Below, in pieces: positions 12,970 through 25,187 of a stretch of 64,000 bases of DNA (its first letter is position 1; every line of letters starts with the position of its first letter). The notes beneath the pieces are model-generated. The model was not told the DNA's origin, made no database searches, and saw nothing but the letters and a program-made list of their open reading frames with translations. The translations under genes were made by a program, and so were the position numbers. The stretch lies in the NCBI RefSeq assembly GCF_964355755.1, contig NC_092678.1:13886352-13950351 (forward strand), in the 5' to 3' direction. Source of the DNA: Antedon mediterranea. Its lineage: Eukaryota; Animalia; Echinodermata.

Positions 12970-13234
12970 CTACATATTAAAACAATAGCTTATAAGTGAT
13001 ATTATAACAATAATGTCGTAAAACATTTTGAATGCCATAATTACAAAAATAGATAATTTTCTGTTTGTTCTTCTCACCGATAACTGTAGATGATCTAATG
13101 GAAACTGTTAATACGAACCGTGGTAACTACTGTAAATTACTGACAAAGATCACTAAAATATATTAAGAATACACCATTATTCTTACAAGTTCTTTATCTG
13201 GCACGGCACCTAATGTTCCATCTGGGTAGATTAA

Positions 13235-13906
13235 GGGTATGTTCAGACTCACGGAGTTACGATGGAGTTATGTAAGCGGCGTACATATTTTTGTGTTTGA
13301 ACCAGGCCGCGGATTAGCGTTAGGAAGCTGTTACTCCGCGCCAGTGGCGTTATTAACTTTGGCTGGAGAGGGTAGATTTAATAACGCTAATCCAGTGATG
13401 CATCAGTGATTTTAACCCTAACCAATGAAAAGAAACGACCACGATTAGCAGACAGCAACTACATACCTGTACCCTAGTATACAACAGCGAAATAGCTATG
13501 TCAAATGTATTTTAGGTTTCCAAGTTTAAAGAACAGTAAAGTTGGTGTCAGTGATATGATATTTGCCTAAAATAAATCAATTAATCAGAACATTTTCCGT
13601 GTAATAATTATGCTTTAACTTATTTTGAATTAAAATGCAATTCTACAAGTAGCAAGAACAAATAAGTATATGTAACATTATATAAATACAAATAACAAAA
13701 ACCAATTTAACGATGTAAACTTTCATGCATTGTCATAAATGTATACATATTATAATTCAATCTGTTTTGACCTGATCAGAGTTTTTTAAACGCAAGGCAT
13801 TGGAATGTTGATCGTTGTGTCTGAACACCTTGGCTTTTAACGCCACAGATCACCGTACGCCTTGCATAGATAACTCCACCGTAACTCTGTGAGTCTAAAC
13901 ATACCC
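13235..13906. mobile_element. PIF/Harbinger-type MITE
   Basis: TIR gggtatgttcagactcacggagttac / gtaactctgtgagtctaaacataccc, TAA TSD on both sides; a related fragment lies at ~6340-6470. Confidence 0.8.
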
Positions 13907-14119
13907 TAAAGTATCTTGCCTAAGGACACAAGGCATGCCACCTCATAATATAATTTCTATAAGCGGCATACTATAAACTGAGCAACCCATTCGCACCTTA
14001 CCAACCCCTTCCAAATACAATTAGCCTAACCATGTTGTCTCAAAAAGTGCTTATTTGAGCAATACAAGTTCCATTTGATTATATAGCACAAAAAAGAAAA
14101 AAAAGTCATAATTACTTAC

Positions 14120-14231
14120 GTTTCCTTTCAAAATAATTTTGTCTGCTGTGCACAATATTGATGCATTATGGGTACATTTGTTGTCGTAGACACACCAATC
14201 ACAAGTAAAACTTAAAACACATCCAGAACAG
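14120..14231 (-). CDS. Plexin exon, PSI2
   Basis: CSGCVLSFTCDWCVYDNKCTHNASILC; ctgtag acceptor, gtaagt donor. Confidence 0.85.
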
Positions 14232-16288
14232 CTACAGTATTGAAAATAAAAACAAAATAACATTGTTAAAAAGTAAAACACCATTTACTTATTTTGCACA
14301 ACAAATGACAAAGTGCCAATCATTATCTTATGTAATGTCAATGCCAACGATATAAAGATGTTGTTAAAGATAATTATTAAATCATATACTATCATTTTTC
14401 TACTCCTCAGGGGACACTTTACTGCCAAACGAGGAGGACTATATTTTAACACTGCGGCCAACCCTTACAAAAGGAACACCTAGACTGGGCCTAAAAAAAT
14501 CACTGAATTAACATAATGATCTATTGTATATTTCACAATTCTGAGCACAAATGTATACAGTAATTTGTTAAGGTAATAACCAGTGCAAACGCATCACAGT
14601 TTGCTAAAGTTTAAATTCTCAATTTCAAGAGCCAATTCATTCATTTTTCTTTTTTTTTTGCATATTTTTTTTTTTCATAAGGAGAATTTTTTTAGGTCCC
14701 AATAGTGTCCCCTAATAAGGGGGTCTACTGTATAATATTTTGATATTGTTAATATTATTTTGAACAATGGGAGAAAATTAATCACAGCACATGGTACAAA
14801 ATGAATGAAATTGGTGGATACACTTAGGTCTGTTACAGTACATTTAACAGCAGAATAACTCACTGAGTTCAGATTTGAGAGAGCATTAGTATTAGTTTGT
14901 TATATTGAACAAAAGTACAGTATTGGTAAAACGGTATGAACACATTTTCCCACGCCAACTTCCCTTTGACTCAAAATAACCTTTTGTGTTACAAAAATAA
15001 TAGGCTAAATTTAGGTAAAGTTATTGTTGAAATAAAATTCAATAAACAATACAGAAAACTTTAACAACAGAATCAAATCCTTGATGATATAATAGAGAAG
15101 GTTTACAGTTCTGGTTTCCGTAACAGCAAGTCAGAGGCTGACAAGTTAATACCAAGAAGCAAAGATTGATGTATTTTGTATCGTTGATTAAATAACCTGA
15201 TTAATTAAGTATGTGAATGAAAGGCATTAAAGCATGCTTGACTGCACAGGCAAGTCAAGCAAATGCTGTCAAATGGTTCGATTAACATTGCATACAATTA
15301 TACTGTGGAATTTATTAGGGTTGAGGGAATGTTATGGTTCCAGGTAACTGTAAGCTTATATTGGACATGTCCACATGCTTTTTCGACTTCTTGTTAAATG
15401 TTCTGTGAAGGTTAAAGATCATTCAGGAAAGCATTTTCCTTACAAACCTATACATTTAATAGGCTAACTACTATCTACTCAAATAACACATATAATAACT
15501 TAACTTAATTCAATAATAATAATAATCAAATGAATCATTTGAATCTAGTTCAATTATCAAAACACTAACAGTAACTGTTTTTAACACAGTGAGAGTATCA
15601 CTCTCAATAGTTATGTTTTAAATTATAAACAGTTTTCTCTTACAATCTAAACTAAATTCCTTCATGTACACCAAGTAGTTTATGATTTATGACATGCAAA
15701 TACAGTCAACTTTCCTGTCAGTCAAAATTAGAAACTAAGCTGTCAAAATCACAATGTGCTTAAGAATCCAAAAGTTCTTGATAATTGTGGAAAAACCTTA
15801 GTGTGCTCTAAGACATTGCCATGCTTTTAAAAAGCCAGATATTTATTTTTTTCTGATCTCTGAAGACTTTGGAACAACCCAACCCAAGAGTTTGATTGAT
15901 AATATTTGAATTTTTAAAAAATACTTAAATTACATTACAACAAAGATAAATAAAAAAGGTGTTATTTAATCTACAATAAACAAGTAACTGATGAGTTGAT
16001 TGTCTTGAAAGGAAGATATATTGGTTAATTTGGCTGAACTATCTATCTGATTACAAATAGGGAAGTATAACAATGATGATTCAGTGTTGACACATTGGTT
16101 TTTTAACTGTGTTTATTCATTCCCTCACAGCTATCAATATTTGCTATCCTGGTTCCAATATAAAATCAATTTGAAGGAACCACTCTCATATGCATTGTAA
16201 ATGTTTGTACAGTAACGTGTTACACAATTATAACTGTCCCATTACAACAATACTATCAATATTGTATTTGATTTCCTTATGTACTTAA

Positions 16289-16893
16289 CACGTTCACTGC
16301 CACGGCGTATTTATACGTCAAAAATTGCGTGTCGCTACTTGCCAAGACGTAATACTACGTCAAAATCGTAGCACTTTTGTATTGTATGTAGAATCGCTGG
16401 CAGTGGTGATTGGAACAGGAATTATCGCATGGCAGTTTATGAATGATGTACGTAAACGATAATCTAAAAATAAATGTCATATGTTTGTTTGTGTTTATTC
16501 CCTCATGCATTGAATATGGTTGATACGATGGCGCCCTCACACTCAATATAATCATCTCAAACATGTCATAAATTGCGCTAATAGTAAATAAAAATAATAA
16601 AGGATGAAATGATTCAGTGTGGTTTACTGTTTTTATCTCTCGATGATAGGTTTGACCGATTTTAGCGCGGAAAATCCCCGACGTATATTTACGTTCCTGG
16701 CAAAGTCAATAAAATTGTTGGACCATTGCCAGTGACGTATTTATACGTCTCAACGGTTTTTCCCGCCATCGTATTTTGAATGACATCATGATATTCTGTG
16801 ACCAGATGTTACACTTTCAAACTGTAATTTAATATGTAAACGGGACTTGGCACTGGGACAGAAATTACGGAAAATGCCTTGGCAGTCAATGTG
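16289..16893. mobile_element. piggyBac-type MITE
   Basis: TTAA on both sides; TIR cacgttcactgcca / tggcagtcaatgtg. Confidence 0.8.
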
Positions 16894-17416
16894 TTAAAGA
16901 TGACAGTGAGATTACAACAAATTATGTACATTGCAACCTGGTAAAGATGACAGTGAGATTATAACAAATTATGTACATTGCAACCTGGTAAAGATGACAG
17001 TGAGATTATAACAAATTATGTACATTGCAACCTGGTAAAGATGACAGTGAGATTATAACAAATTATGTACATTGCAACCTGGTAAAGATGACATTGAGAT
17101 TATAACAAATTATGTACATTAATTGCAACCTGGTAAAGATGACAGTGAGATTATAACAACTTATGTACATTGCAACCTGGTAAAGATGACAGTGAGATTA
17201 TAACAAATTATGTACATTGCAACCTGGTAAAGATGACAGTGAGATTATAACAACTTATGTACATTGCAACCTGGTAAAGATGACAGTGAGATTATAACAA
17301 ATTATGTACATTGCAACCTGGTAAAGATGACAGTGAGATTATAACAAATTATGTACATTGCAACCTGGTAAAGATGACAGTGAGATTATAACAAATTATG
17401 TACATTGCAACCTGGT
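16894..17416. repeat. 47-bp minisatellite, ~11 copies
   Basis: Unit ggtaaagatgacagtgagattataacaaattatgtacattgcaacct, near-perfect, no spacers. Confidence 0.95.
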
Positions 17417-17627
17417 ACAGTAGAAACTATAACTAAACAATATGTTCATTTCCTTAAAATAATGTGTCAATTGAATTTCAGATCCTTTTATTTCGTTATT
17501 ATCTTTAGAAAATGTTTGTTTACAATAAAAATTTGATATTTAAAGTAATGAAATTTGAAATAATTTTAAATGTTTATTTATTACACATGCTTATAAAAAA
17601 AATTCAGTCAGAAAAGTCAGTACTTAC

Positions 17628-17724
17628 GAAGTAATGACACTGCAGTCAAAGAATGTGAAGTCAGTGGAAACAAAATCAACATCAGTTACGGATGAGTGAA
17701 CTGATAAAATAACATCTACAGAAG
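17628..17724 (-). CDS. Plexin exon, TIG end / PSI2 start
   Basis: SVDVILSVHSSVTDVDFVSTDFTFFDCSVITS; ttacag acceptor, gtaagt donor. Confidence 0.85.
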
Positions 17725-18288
17725 CTGTAAACAAACTATTTAAAGGTTAGCTACTGTGTAGGCCTAGGCCTTAATTTCAAATGCATTTCATTGGTAAATA
17801 CAAAATAATTGAAAATTCAATACAAAAATCTCTACAAAAAACCTAAATGTAATATTTAATTACTTTTTTTTTCCAGAGGTAGATAGGTTTAAATACTTGG
17901 TGCAAACGTCTCCCAAAAAATGTGATATGCCCATATATGGAGATGATGATGTGATATCACTACCATTTTTGGGCATATCACTACCATATTTGTTTTGTTA
18001 ATCAAGTTTGATAGTGTAGACAAAGCTTAAGATATCAGTAGGTTGAAACAAGGGTCACTTTGGGGGAATCCCCCTTGTTGCGAATGTAGAGTAATGAGTG
18101 CATAATTTCTGTAATCCATGGTGTGTACTAAAACCTATTTCCTCATGAGCTATTAATAGTATATACACCTCCTACAGAGGAGAATGCATACCATGTGTGA
18201 AATACTAGTACAGCCACGTGCTACAGTTACATTAAATAAAGAAAAATAAAACAGAAAGTAAAGCATATTAGCATAATGTTTAACTCAC

Positions 18289-18445
18289 CTTGGCTGGTTG
18301 GTATCTGTGGCACATGTGATGATGGCGGTGAATTACAAGTCAATGTTTCTGCATCTTTTATTGCAGATGATTGAAAGTCACCAAATTTACAATTATAATT
18401 TTGGTTGATGTTTAAAGGAGGAAGTTGCTCAACAGTTAGAGAAAT
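18289..18445 (-). CDS. Plexin exon, TIG domain
   Basis: ISLTVEQLPPLNINQNYNCKFGDF...LTCNSPP...PQIPTSQ; catag acceptor, gtgagt donor. Confidence 0.85.
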
Positions 18446-19043
18446 CTATGAATACAAAAAAAAATATTCCAGATTTTAATTTTAAGATATCTGTTTAATT
18501 GGAGTGTACTGTACAAAAACTTGTATGTATAATAGGTTTTGGTCCCACAACAACCTATAAATCCTGGCTTGACACACTGTGATCTAGATATCAAGCCAGG
18601 CTTCACAATGTTGGGAGTAATAGTTACTTGGGATGACCTCTAGAGTCAATACATGTTGGTGCACACTCAAAAAGGTTGTATTGCAACCGTAGCTGTTCAT
18701 CCACTTTTTTTTTCTACCATCTTAATTGGGACATAGGGCCGGAATTCATGTGTCCGTTTGTAAAGAAATGATTTTAACTGGTCGATGCAGTAGGATTATA
18801 GACAAAGGCAAATGTAACATGAATCTGTGCATCATGGCAAACACCCTAATCTAGAGTGTACACCATCGGAGGTATTCGAAAAGAATTATGGCTGTGGAAG
18901 TGCCGATTTTATGGACATGGCTTGTGGTGCCCCTGCCTTGAGTAGCAGTGCTCAAATTCTAATGGCTAATGGCAAAATGATTTTATTTAAAAAGCATTAC
19001 AAGCCTGAAAAACAAATGTAACAAATTGTTCTTCACAACTCAC

Positions 19044-19131
19044 ACTGATATTTTCAAAAGTTTGAGGAATAAAAGGTGGTTCAACACTTGTAATCTCTAC
19101 ACACTGTTGGCATTCATTATATCTGGTACAT
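19044..19131 (-). CDS. Plexin exon, PSI1 end / TIG start
   Basis: CTRYNECQQCVEITSVEPPFIPQTFENIS; ttttag acceptor, gtgagt donor. Confidence 0.8.
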
Positions 19132-19428
19132 CTAAAAAATGACAAGCAATCATAAGTAAGTGCCATGAAAGACTATGAACATTTAAATCCTATATATGGA
19201 ATCAGATTTAAAAAAAAACTGTTTGAATAAAAAAGGATTGAAAAAACAATTAAGCCTGATGCATTTGGAATGTACAGTAACTAATTTCTAACATTTAATA
19301 GTTTATTGTTTTACTAAAATATGTGAAACAATTTGTAAAATGCAATAATAAAAGACACAGCGACCATACAAATTATAAAATATTGGGATTGAAAAAAAAA
19401 ATGTTAATGAAAATGAAACTCTATTTAC

Positions 19429-19541
19429 TTTTTGTGTAGTGTACACCATCCACAATAAGGATCTCCATCTTCTAGACCTGGTATAATACACTCATCACAT
19501 GTGAAGAACTGACTGCAGTTTGAAACTTGTAGCTTAATCAA
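19429..19541 (-). CDS. Plexin exon, PSI domain 1
   Basis: LIKLQVSNCSQFFTCDECIIPGLEDGDPYCGWCTLHKK with ag/gt boundaries. Confidence 0.9.
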
Positions 19542-19689
19542 CTAATCAAATATTGTGATAATTATACAAAATAAAGAAATATTATGAAACATAATCAAAA
19601 ACTAGTAAACAGACAACAAGATTTTAAAACATTTACCATACATTTCCTTAGGATAATTCAATCATAATTGTAAAAGTAACTGATTTAAA

Positions 19690-19950
19690 GTCTGAAGGGG
19701 TTTACATTGAATAAAAAAAGTTTTTGTCCTTAATAGGGTTAAAAGCATCATGGAACAAGTATAAAAAATGATGGAGATGGACACCTCAACAGAACGAACA
19801 ACAGAACGTTTCACGGAATGGACTAAAACATGCACAAAGACAAGATAAAGAGATGATATGGCAGTATTTGCGGGAATATCTTGAAGAGAATGAGAGCAGG
19901 AGAGGACTTTGCCTATGGCTAGAATTATGCTGACGATGTTGTACCTCCTT
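19690..19950 (-). mobile_element. Degraded LINE 3' fragment
   Basis: Resembles an RT C-terminus (...FYTCSMML...); weak. Confidence 0.35.
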
Positions 19951-19985
19951 GAAATATAAACCAAATTATATTAAAATAAACTAAC

Positions 19986-20106
19986 CTTTTTTGCTGTAAT
20001 TAGATGTTTCATCTATAAATGTGTCTGACCTGACCTCTTGACCTGTGTATCTATGGTGATAAATTCATACACTCTAGATAGATGAGGCTTTGTTGGTTAA
20101 CTCAGC
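19986..20106 (-). pseudogene. Plexin exon (end of Sema), frameshifted
   Basis: tttgtcag acceptor, gttag donor; AELTNKASS then RVYEFITID in another frame, with an in-frame stop between. Confidence 0.6.
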
Positions 20107-20271
20107 CTGACAAATTGAAAGAAAATATAACTTAATTAATTAAGTTCATTCAAACATATTTATACATTTAAGCAGTGTTAAAAACTTTAATAAATTAGTG
20201 ACAGAATGCTGGTTTAATAACAACCTGTAAATAAATGCCAACAAATATTCATGTCTCTGTACCTGATCTTA

Positions 20272-22247
20272 AGCCCGGCACACACTGTAGCTATCGGCTG
20301 AGCCAACTGGCACGAACAACACTTTGCTCACAACAAAAATTGTCACAAACTGTGATCGCGTTCTATCGGACGCATACTAAACGCCTTCAGCATTCGGTTT
20401 TCTCTCCGGGATAATTACTTACTATCAAAGATAGTGTAGTAGGAAGATGTTACACTTCCTATTCGTTCAATGCAAATAAAAGCGAGACAACATGGAGCTA
20501 AATTTAAAGGGCGCCTCGCACGTCGAGTAGGGATACGGAAAGTTATTGTATAGGAAATAGGCTATTATAACAGTAGAATAATATGATTGTAAAATTAAGA
20601 TTTAATACGAATTAACATATAAAATGTAATGTTATCTTTATAGAAAGTGCAAATGAATCATATTTATATGTTTTGGAATACAAATTTGTGTTTCAATTAC
20701 CTGGAATTGTTTAGGTACCTGGAATTTATCTACCCGTATTTTATTTCTTTTATTTTAATGTTTTTATTTGCAAATCAATTGAACTTTTTTAAATTATTTA
20801 CATTTAATGTTTATCATTGGACATAGATAGAAAATTTAATACCTAGCTTTAGAAACACTTCTTCATCAGAGTGAAAGGTAAATAGGCCTACAATGTATGC
20901 CTATATAATAATCGATAATTACGTATGGTTTATATCTAAATGGGTAATAAAAGAGAATAGGTAGTATGGCATGTAATCAATAATCAATCAATCAATCAAT
21001 ATTTATTATAATCAATAATATTATACAAATAGTCGATCTGCATAAACTGAATACGGTACCAGTAGGCTTGAACATTATAGGAATTTAGGACTACGAGTAT
21101 GTTTTTTTACTGAAAAAAAAAACCAATTATTGTTAATTATCTATTAATTTTAATAATTTAATAATACTGTAACTAATTATTATATTATGCTTGTAACACT
21201 CCGAACTTTCGTGCATTCATCGTAATTGTATATGCCCTGATTATGTAACGCCTAACAATATTGATAATATTAATTATAAGCCAATGAGTTCATTATTGGT
21301 AAGGTTATATCAAGGAAAAAATATCCGTGGGGAGGCCTACTTTACCCCCTTTCATTATACTACCCTTACAAAAAATGTTCTATCTATAGAAGTTTTAGAA
21401 TTCTATGTTAATCTATAGAAAAAGATAATTTCTATAGCCTAATGAATTTACAGATTCTACCCCTAGAGTTTTATAGAAATTGCAGAAGAATTGCTATCAT
21501 TTATTCATAAATCATATATTTTTTGTCAACAACAATACTGTATACTGTAAAATTAGCATTATGACTTCAGACTTAACTGGGGTTTACCAAGATAGGTAAG
21601 AGTTTTTATGGGTACGGGTTGGTTTGGGTACAGGTTGGTTTGGGTACGAGATGACCAGCATCCATTCATGAATGCGTCTACAGGCGCGCGTAAGCCTCCT
21701 CCTGATCCTAGCTCAGTGTTTACAGTCATGTCATGACAAAACTCACTCCAAATAAATGTATTAACAATTAAAAAGATCCAAAAACAGTATGAAAACATCA
21801 TATTAATTTCCAACTTTGTATAATAAAGACAAAAAAGAAGTTTTTGTTTGTTTTTTGTGGCTTATTTTTACAATTTATTGCCAAAAACACCATTTTCACT
21901 GGGCTTTGCCATTGCGCTCCTCATGTTTCAGATTCGTCTATCCCTACTCGTCGTGAGAGGCGCCCTATCTCGAGCGGTTCTCTAATTTTTGAGCGAAGTG
22001 TAACATCTTCCTACTAGACTATCTTTGTTACTATGCTATAGGGCACGTGCTGACATACTATAATAAATGACAACATTTTTCAGTAAGCTGTTAGCTTATG
22101 TTCGGAGGAAAATGACACGCATGATAGATACTTTCCTCAACAGCACATGTGGCCGATTCCTCACAAAGTGTCCGACACACACTGTGTGTGAGTAAAGTGT
22201 TATTCGTGCCAGTTGGCTCAGCTGATAGCGATAGTATGCGTCGGGCT
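20272..22247. mobile_element. PIF/Harbinger-type MITE (outer layer of a nest)
   Basis: ~60 bp TIR agcccggcacacactgtagctatcggctgagccaactggcacgaa, TTA TSD. Confidence 0.8.
20426..22027. mobile_element. P-element-like MITE nested in the Harbinger MITE
   Basis: TIR caaagatagt(g/c)tagtaggaagatgttacacttc; 7-bp TSD TTACTAT. Confidence 0.75.
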
Positions 22248-22296
22248 TTAAATATTCATAAACCATTGTCAAGTACAATACTAATTTCATACTAAC

Positions 22297-22485
22297 CTTA
22301 ATAAGTTGTCCATTATCCGTGCCTATAAAAGCTATTGTATGGTTCCCTTCTATTGTTGTAGTAACTGATGTCAATGCTTCTGATACTGCTGCTTCTGTGT
22401 AATTACATTGGGAATATTGGCTGAGCAGTCCAACACCACTTATTGATGGACACATCATTGATTGAACTTCAGCAGAAGAAAAACT
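22297..22485 (-). CDS. Plexin exon, Sema C-terminal part
   Basis: ALTSVTTTIEGNHTIAFIGTDNGQLIK followed by a gttagt donor; acceptor position approximate. Confidence 0.8.
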
Positions 22486-22911
22486 ATAACTCTTCATTAA
22501 ACAAAACAAAAAAACAATATTATAACTTATTAATTACCAGTTTTGATAATTCTAATTCTAAAATATTAAGTATTATACACTAAATCTATTTTTGTCACCA
22601 AAATGACTGGTTGTAATAAATTACTATCTTTCTAAGTAAATATAAAATATATATGTACTTGTGGACACTTAGCATCATCAGCATAGTCTAGAGTATGAAG
22701 ACCTTTATTACTGTTTAAACATCCTCTTAATGCTTTGAAGAATGATCTTCTATATCATTCCACTTGTAAATACACATTGCAGATTGTCCAGTGGCAACTC
22801 CACTTCCATCACGTTTAGCAAACACTCCATACAGGACATTATCTCTAGATTGTAGGCCTACTGAAGTAGCTAACTCAGCTCCAACAGGACCAACGGACAT
22901 GGCTTGGAATA

Positions 22912-23924
22912 CAGAAATCACTCCGGCCGAGCTTCACTCCGGCCGCGCTTCAATCCGGCCGCGATTCATTCCGGCCGCAGCTATGGAGCGCCCAATGAGT
23001 CTTTTACAACCGAGACACGTTTTTTGTAGAGAATCAAAATAAACATTTGTAATCATACAGTATATTTTTTCTCTTTCAGGATCACAACAACATCGCAAGT
23101 GTTTTAAATTAGGTCTAATGCTAAAACAAAATAATTTATGTGTTTTATCCATGTAATAGGCTAGTATATTAATTGTAATTTGATTAATTAATGTAATTTA
23201 TTGCAATGTACCCTATATGTCATATTATTTTTATCATATATAAATTAAAATATAAAATCATTGTAAATTGGACTGTACAAAAATGATATATTAATTCTTG
23301 ATACAATTCCAGGTAATTAATTAGACGGATATTTGATTATTTGAAATAAATAAATTAATATTGTAAATATTGTTATTAACTATAACAAACATCAATAATA
23401 ATTGATTATTTGAAAAAAATTAATTAATATTTTACATATTGTTATTAACTATAATTAGTAAGTATGGGTACTGGCAAGATAAAATGTTATAAAAATAAGG
23501 GTTTTAACTAATTTTTAATGTTAATAAATGTAAAGCTATAAAAATAAATGTACATAGAAAGAAATTAAATATTGTTATTCAAGCATTAATTAGACGGGTA
23601 TTTGATTATTATTTTATTATTCAGTGAATTTAATTAAGTTAAGTTTAGTTTGAAAGAAAAAGCAGTTCCAACTTCTTTGAATGTTATTGTTAATGAAAAA
23701 AGTAAAATTGTTGCTAATAAATATTCAACTAGCCTAGTTCCATTTAAATTCACCAAGAATTTGTTATAACACTGAACAGTATAGAAAACTTAGATATGGG
23801 CGCTCCATACTAACGGCCCCTTTGCACAGGAAGTCGAATTGAATATATAGCGGCCGGAGTGCATAACATCGCGCTAAACTGATACGGCGGCCGGAGTGAA
23901 GCGCGGCCGGAGTGATCGGCTACC
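22912..23924. mobile_element. Non-autonomous DNA transposon inserted in the plexin Sema exon
   Basis: Inverted subterminal cactccggccg repeats at both ends, TA duplication; removal restores D-Y-N-L-F-Q-A in frame. Confidence 0.85.
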
Positions 23925-24323
23925 TAAATTGTAATCAACATTATTAACTAAACATCGAATGTAGATCTCAGAAAATGTATGAAATGAGTTTTCTTGACAA
24001 ATTCGACTCAGTCGTGAATGAAAGTAATCAGTATCATCTGGCCTAAATGAAACAGAGTAAGTATATCCTTCATAAGAGAATGTATTTGTAAAACTGATAG
24101 GTTTTTTAAAACTTGGAGATGGTGAAATAGTATTAAATTGAATATTACGAGCTTCAAATATCATCTGTTTCAAGATGTCTTCTGGCATTAATATACCTAG
24201 AAAACTCTACTTGATCCATAGAGATATTATAGTGAACTATATCTCTATGTTTGATCCATTGACGTATGACCAGATGACACATATAAAACGTTCCTTTTGA
24301 TAACATCATCTCTATCCCATTTG

Positions 24324-24397
24324 GGGATCCAGTCAAGTCGCCCCATTGCAAAGTCGCCCCATAACAAAGTCACCCCATAACAAAGTCGCCCCATTTG
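24324..24397. mobile_element. Solo transposon-terminus remnant in the Sema exon
   Basis: gggatccagtc plus four aagtcgccccat repeats, flanked by CCCATTTG on both sides. Confidence 0.6.
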
Positions 24398-25187
24398 TAC
24401 CATCACCCAACACACCAGGTGCAATGATTCCAACTGCTGACAGTTCACTCACTACTATTTCATCTATTACTTTACTTTCATGTAATTTGTTTAAATCTAC
24501 AAGAGATCTTCCTTCAAATCTTCCATTGTTTCCTCGTCCGCACGTGATCAATCGTTCATGATCATAATCAATTTCTAATATTTTATTTATGTTATCACAA
24601 TCATCTGATGAACATGTTGAAATATTAGCAATGATATTAAAATCTTCTGACAGTCTGTACAGTGTGTTGTAAGCTCCTATGTAAATATCTCCTGTTGTAC
24701 TATGGATTTTGACATGGTACAGAGCTTCATTTTCATGAGGTGTAAATTCGAGTAACACATCATTGTCGAATGCCTGGATGCTTAGCAGAATGTTGAAGAA
24801 TATAGCAGAAATGCAAAAATGTTTAACAATGTTGGAAAACTCATATTTAAAGGTGAGAAAATGTCATTACCTTATATAAAAGAAAATACAAAAACACTAC
24901 TTTAAATAAGAAATACAATACAATGAATCATTAATGATTAATTTTTATATGCCTTTACTGAATAGCAATCTACTATCTATACTCATTAATTAAAAAGCTA
25001 AAACTGGATTGTACTAAGATTGATTTTTTGACCAACAAGCATGGAAAAATATCCCACTCAGATAATATTGCTCCTTTCAGGATTACATGCTGCACAGGAT
25101 AGTTTAGTACAGTATGTATAGTATCAGAGTATCAGTTTTGTCTAATACCCTTTTTATATCTGCATACAAAATTTGTATAACTTGTAA

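Larger units (their letters stand above)
1990..24844 (-). pseudogene. Plexin-family (semaphorin receptor) gene, multi-exon, apparently pseudogenised; 3' part continues below 1990 or is degraded
   Basis: At least 17 GT-AG exons in collinear plexin order: Sema (HSRLSRICQ, SAMCIY, IAFIGTDNGQLIK), PSI (CSQFFTCDEC..DPYCGWC), TIG/IPT, TM, GAP (NKSFLLTFI, GPVDAITGRATYSL). Frameshifts or stops in the Sema, 19986-20106 and TM exons. Confidence 0.9.
22659..24844 (-). pseudogene. Plexin large Sema-domain exon, disrupted
   Basis: ORF pieces 24333-24758, 23874-24188 and 22727-22921 are Sema-like (GDIYIGAYNTLYRLS, NINKILEID, LITCG, YTYSVS, SRLSRIC, VLYGVF). The ATG at 24844 is out of frame with the downstream Sema ORF. 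Insertions at 24324-24397 and 22912-23924; donor gtacat below 22659. Confidence 0.85.

Noticed and set aside
13467-13566. Apparent ag..gt exon within the plexin
   Set aside because: Lies inside a Harbinger MITE and contains stops; the flanking true exons join in phase without it.
16894-17416. CRISPR-like regular repeats (also 32097-32440)
   Set aside because: Head-to-tail units without unique spacers, no cas genes, eukaryotic context.
18570-18660. Faint 5S-like sequence
   Set aside because: Too diverged to call by eye.
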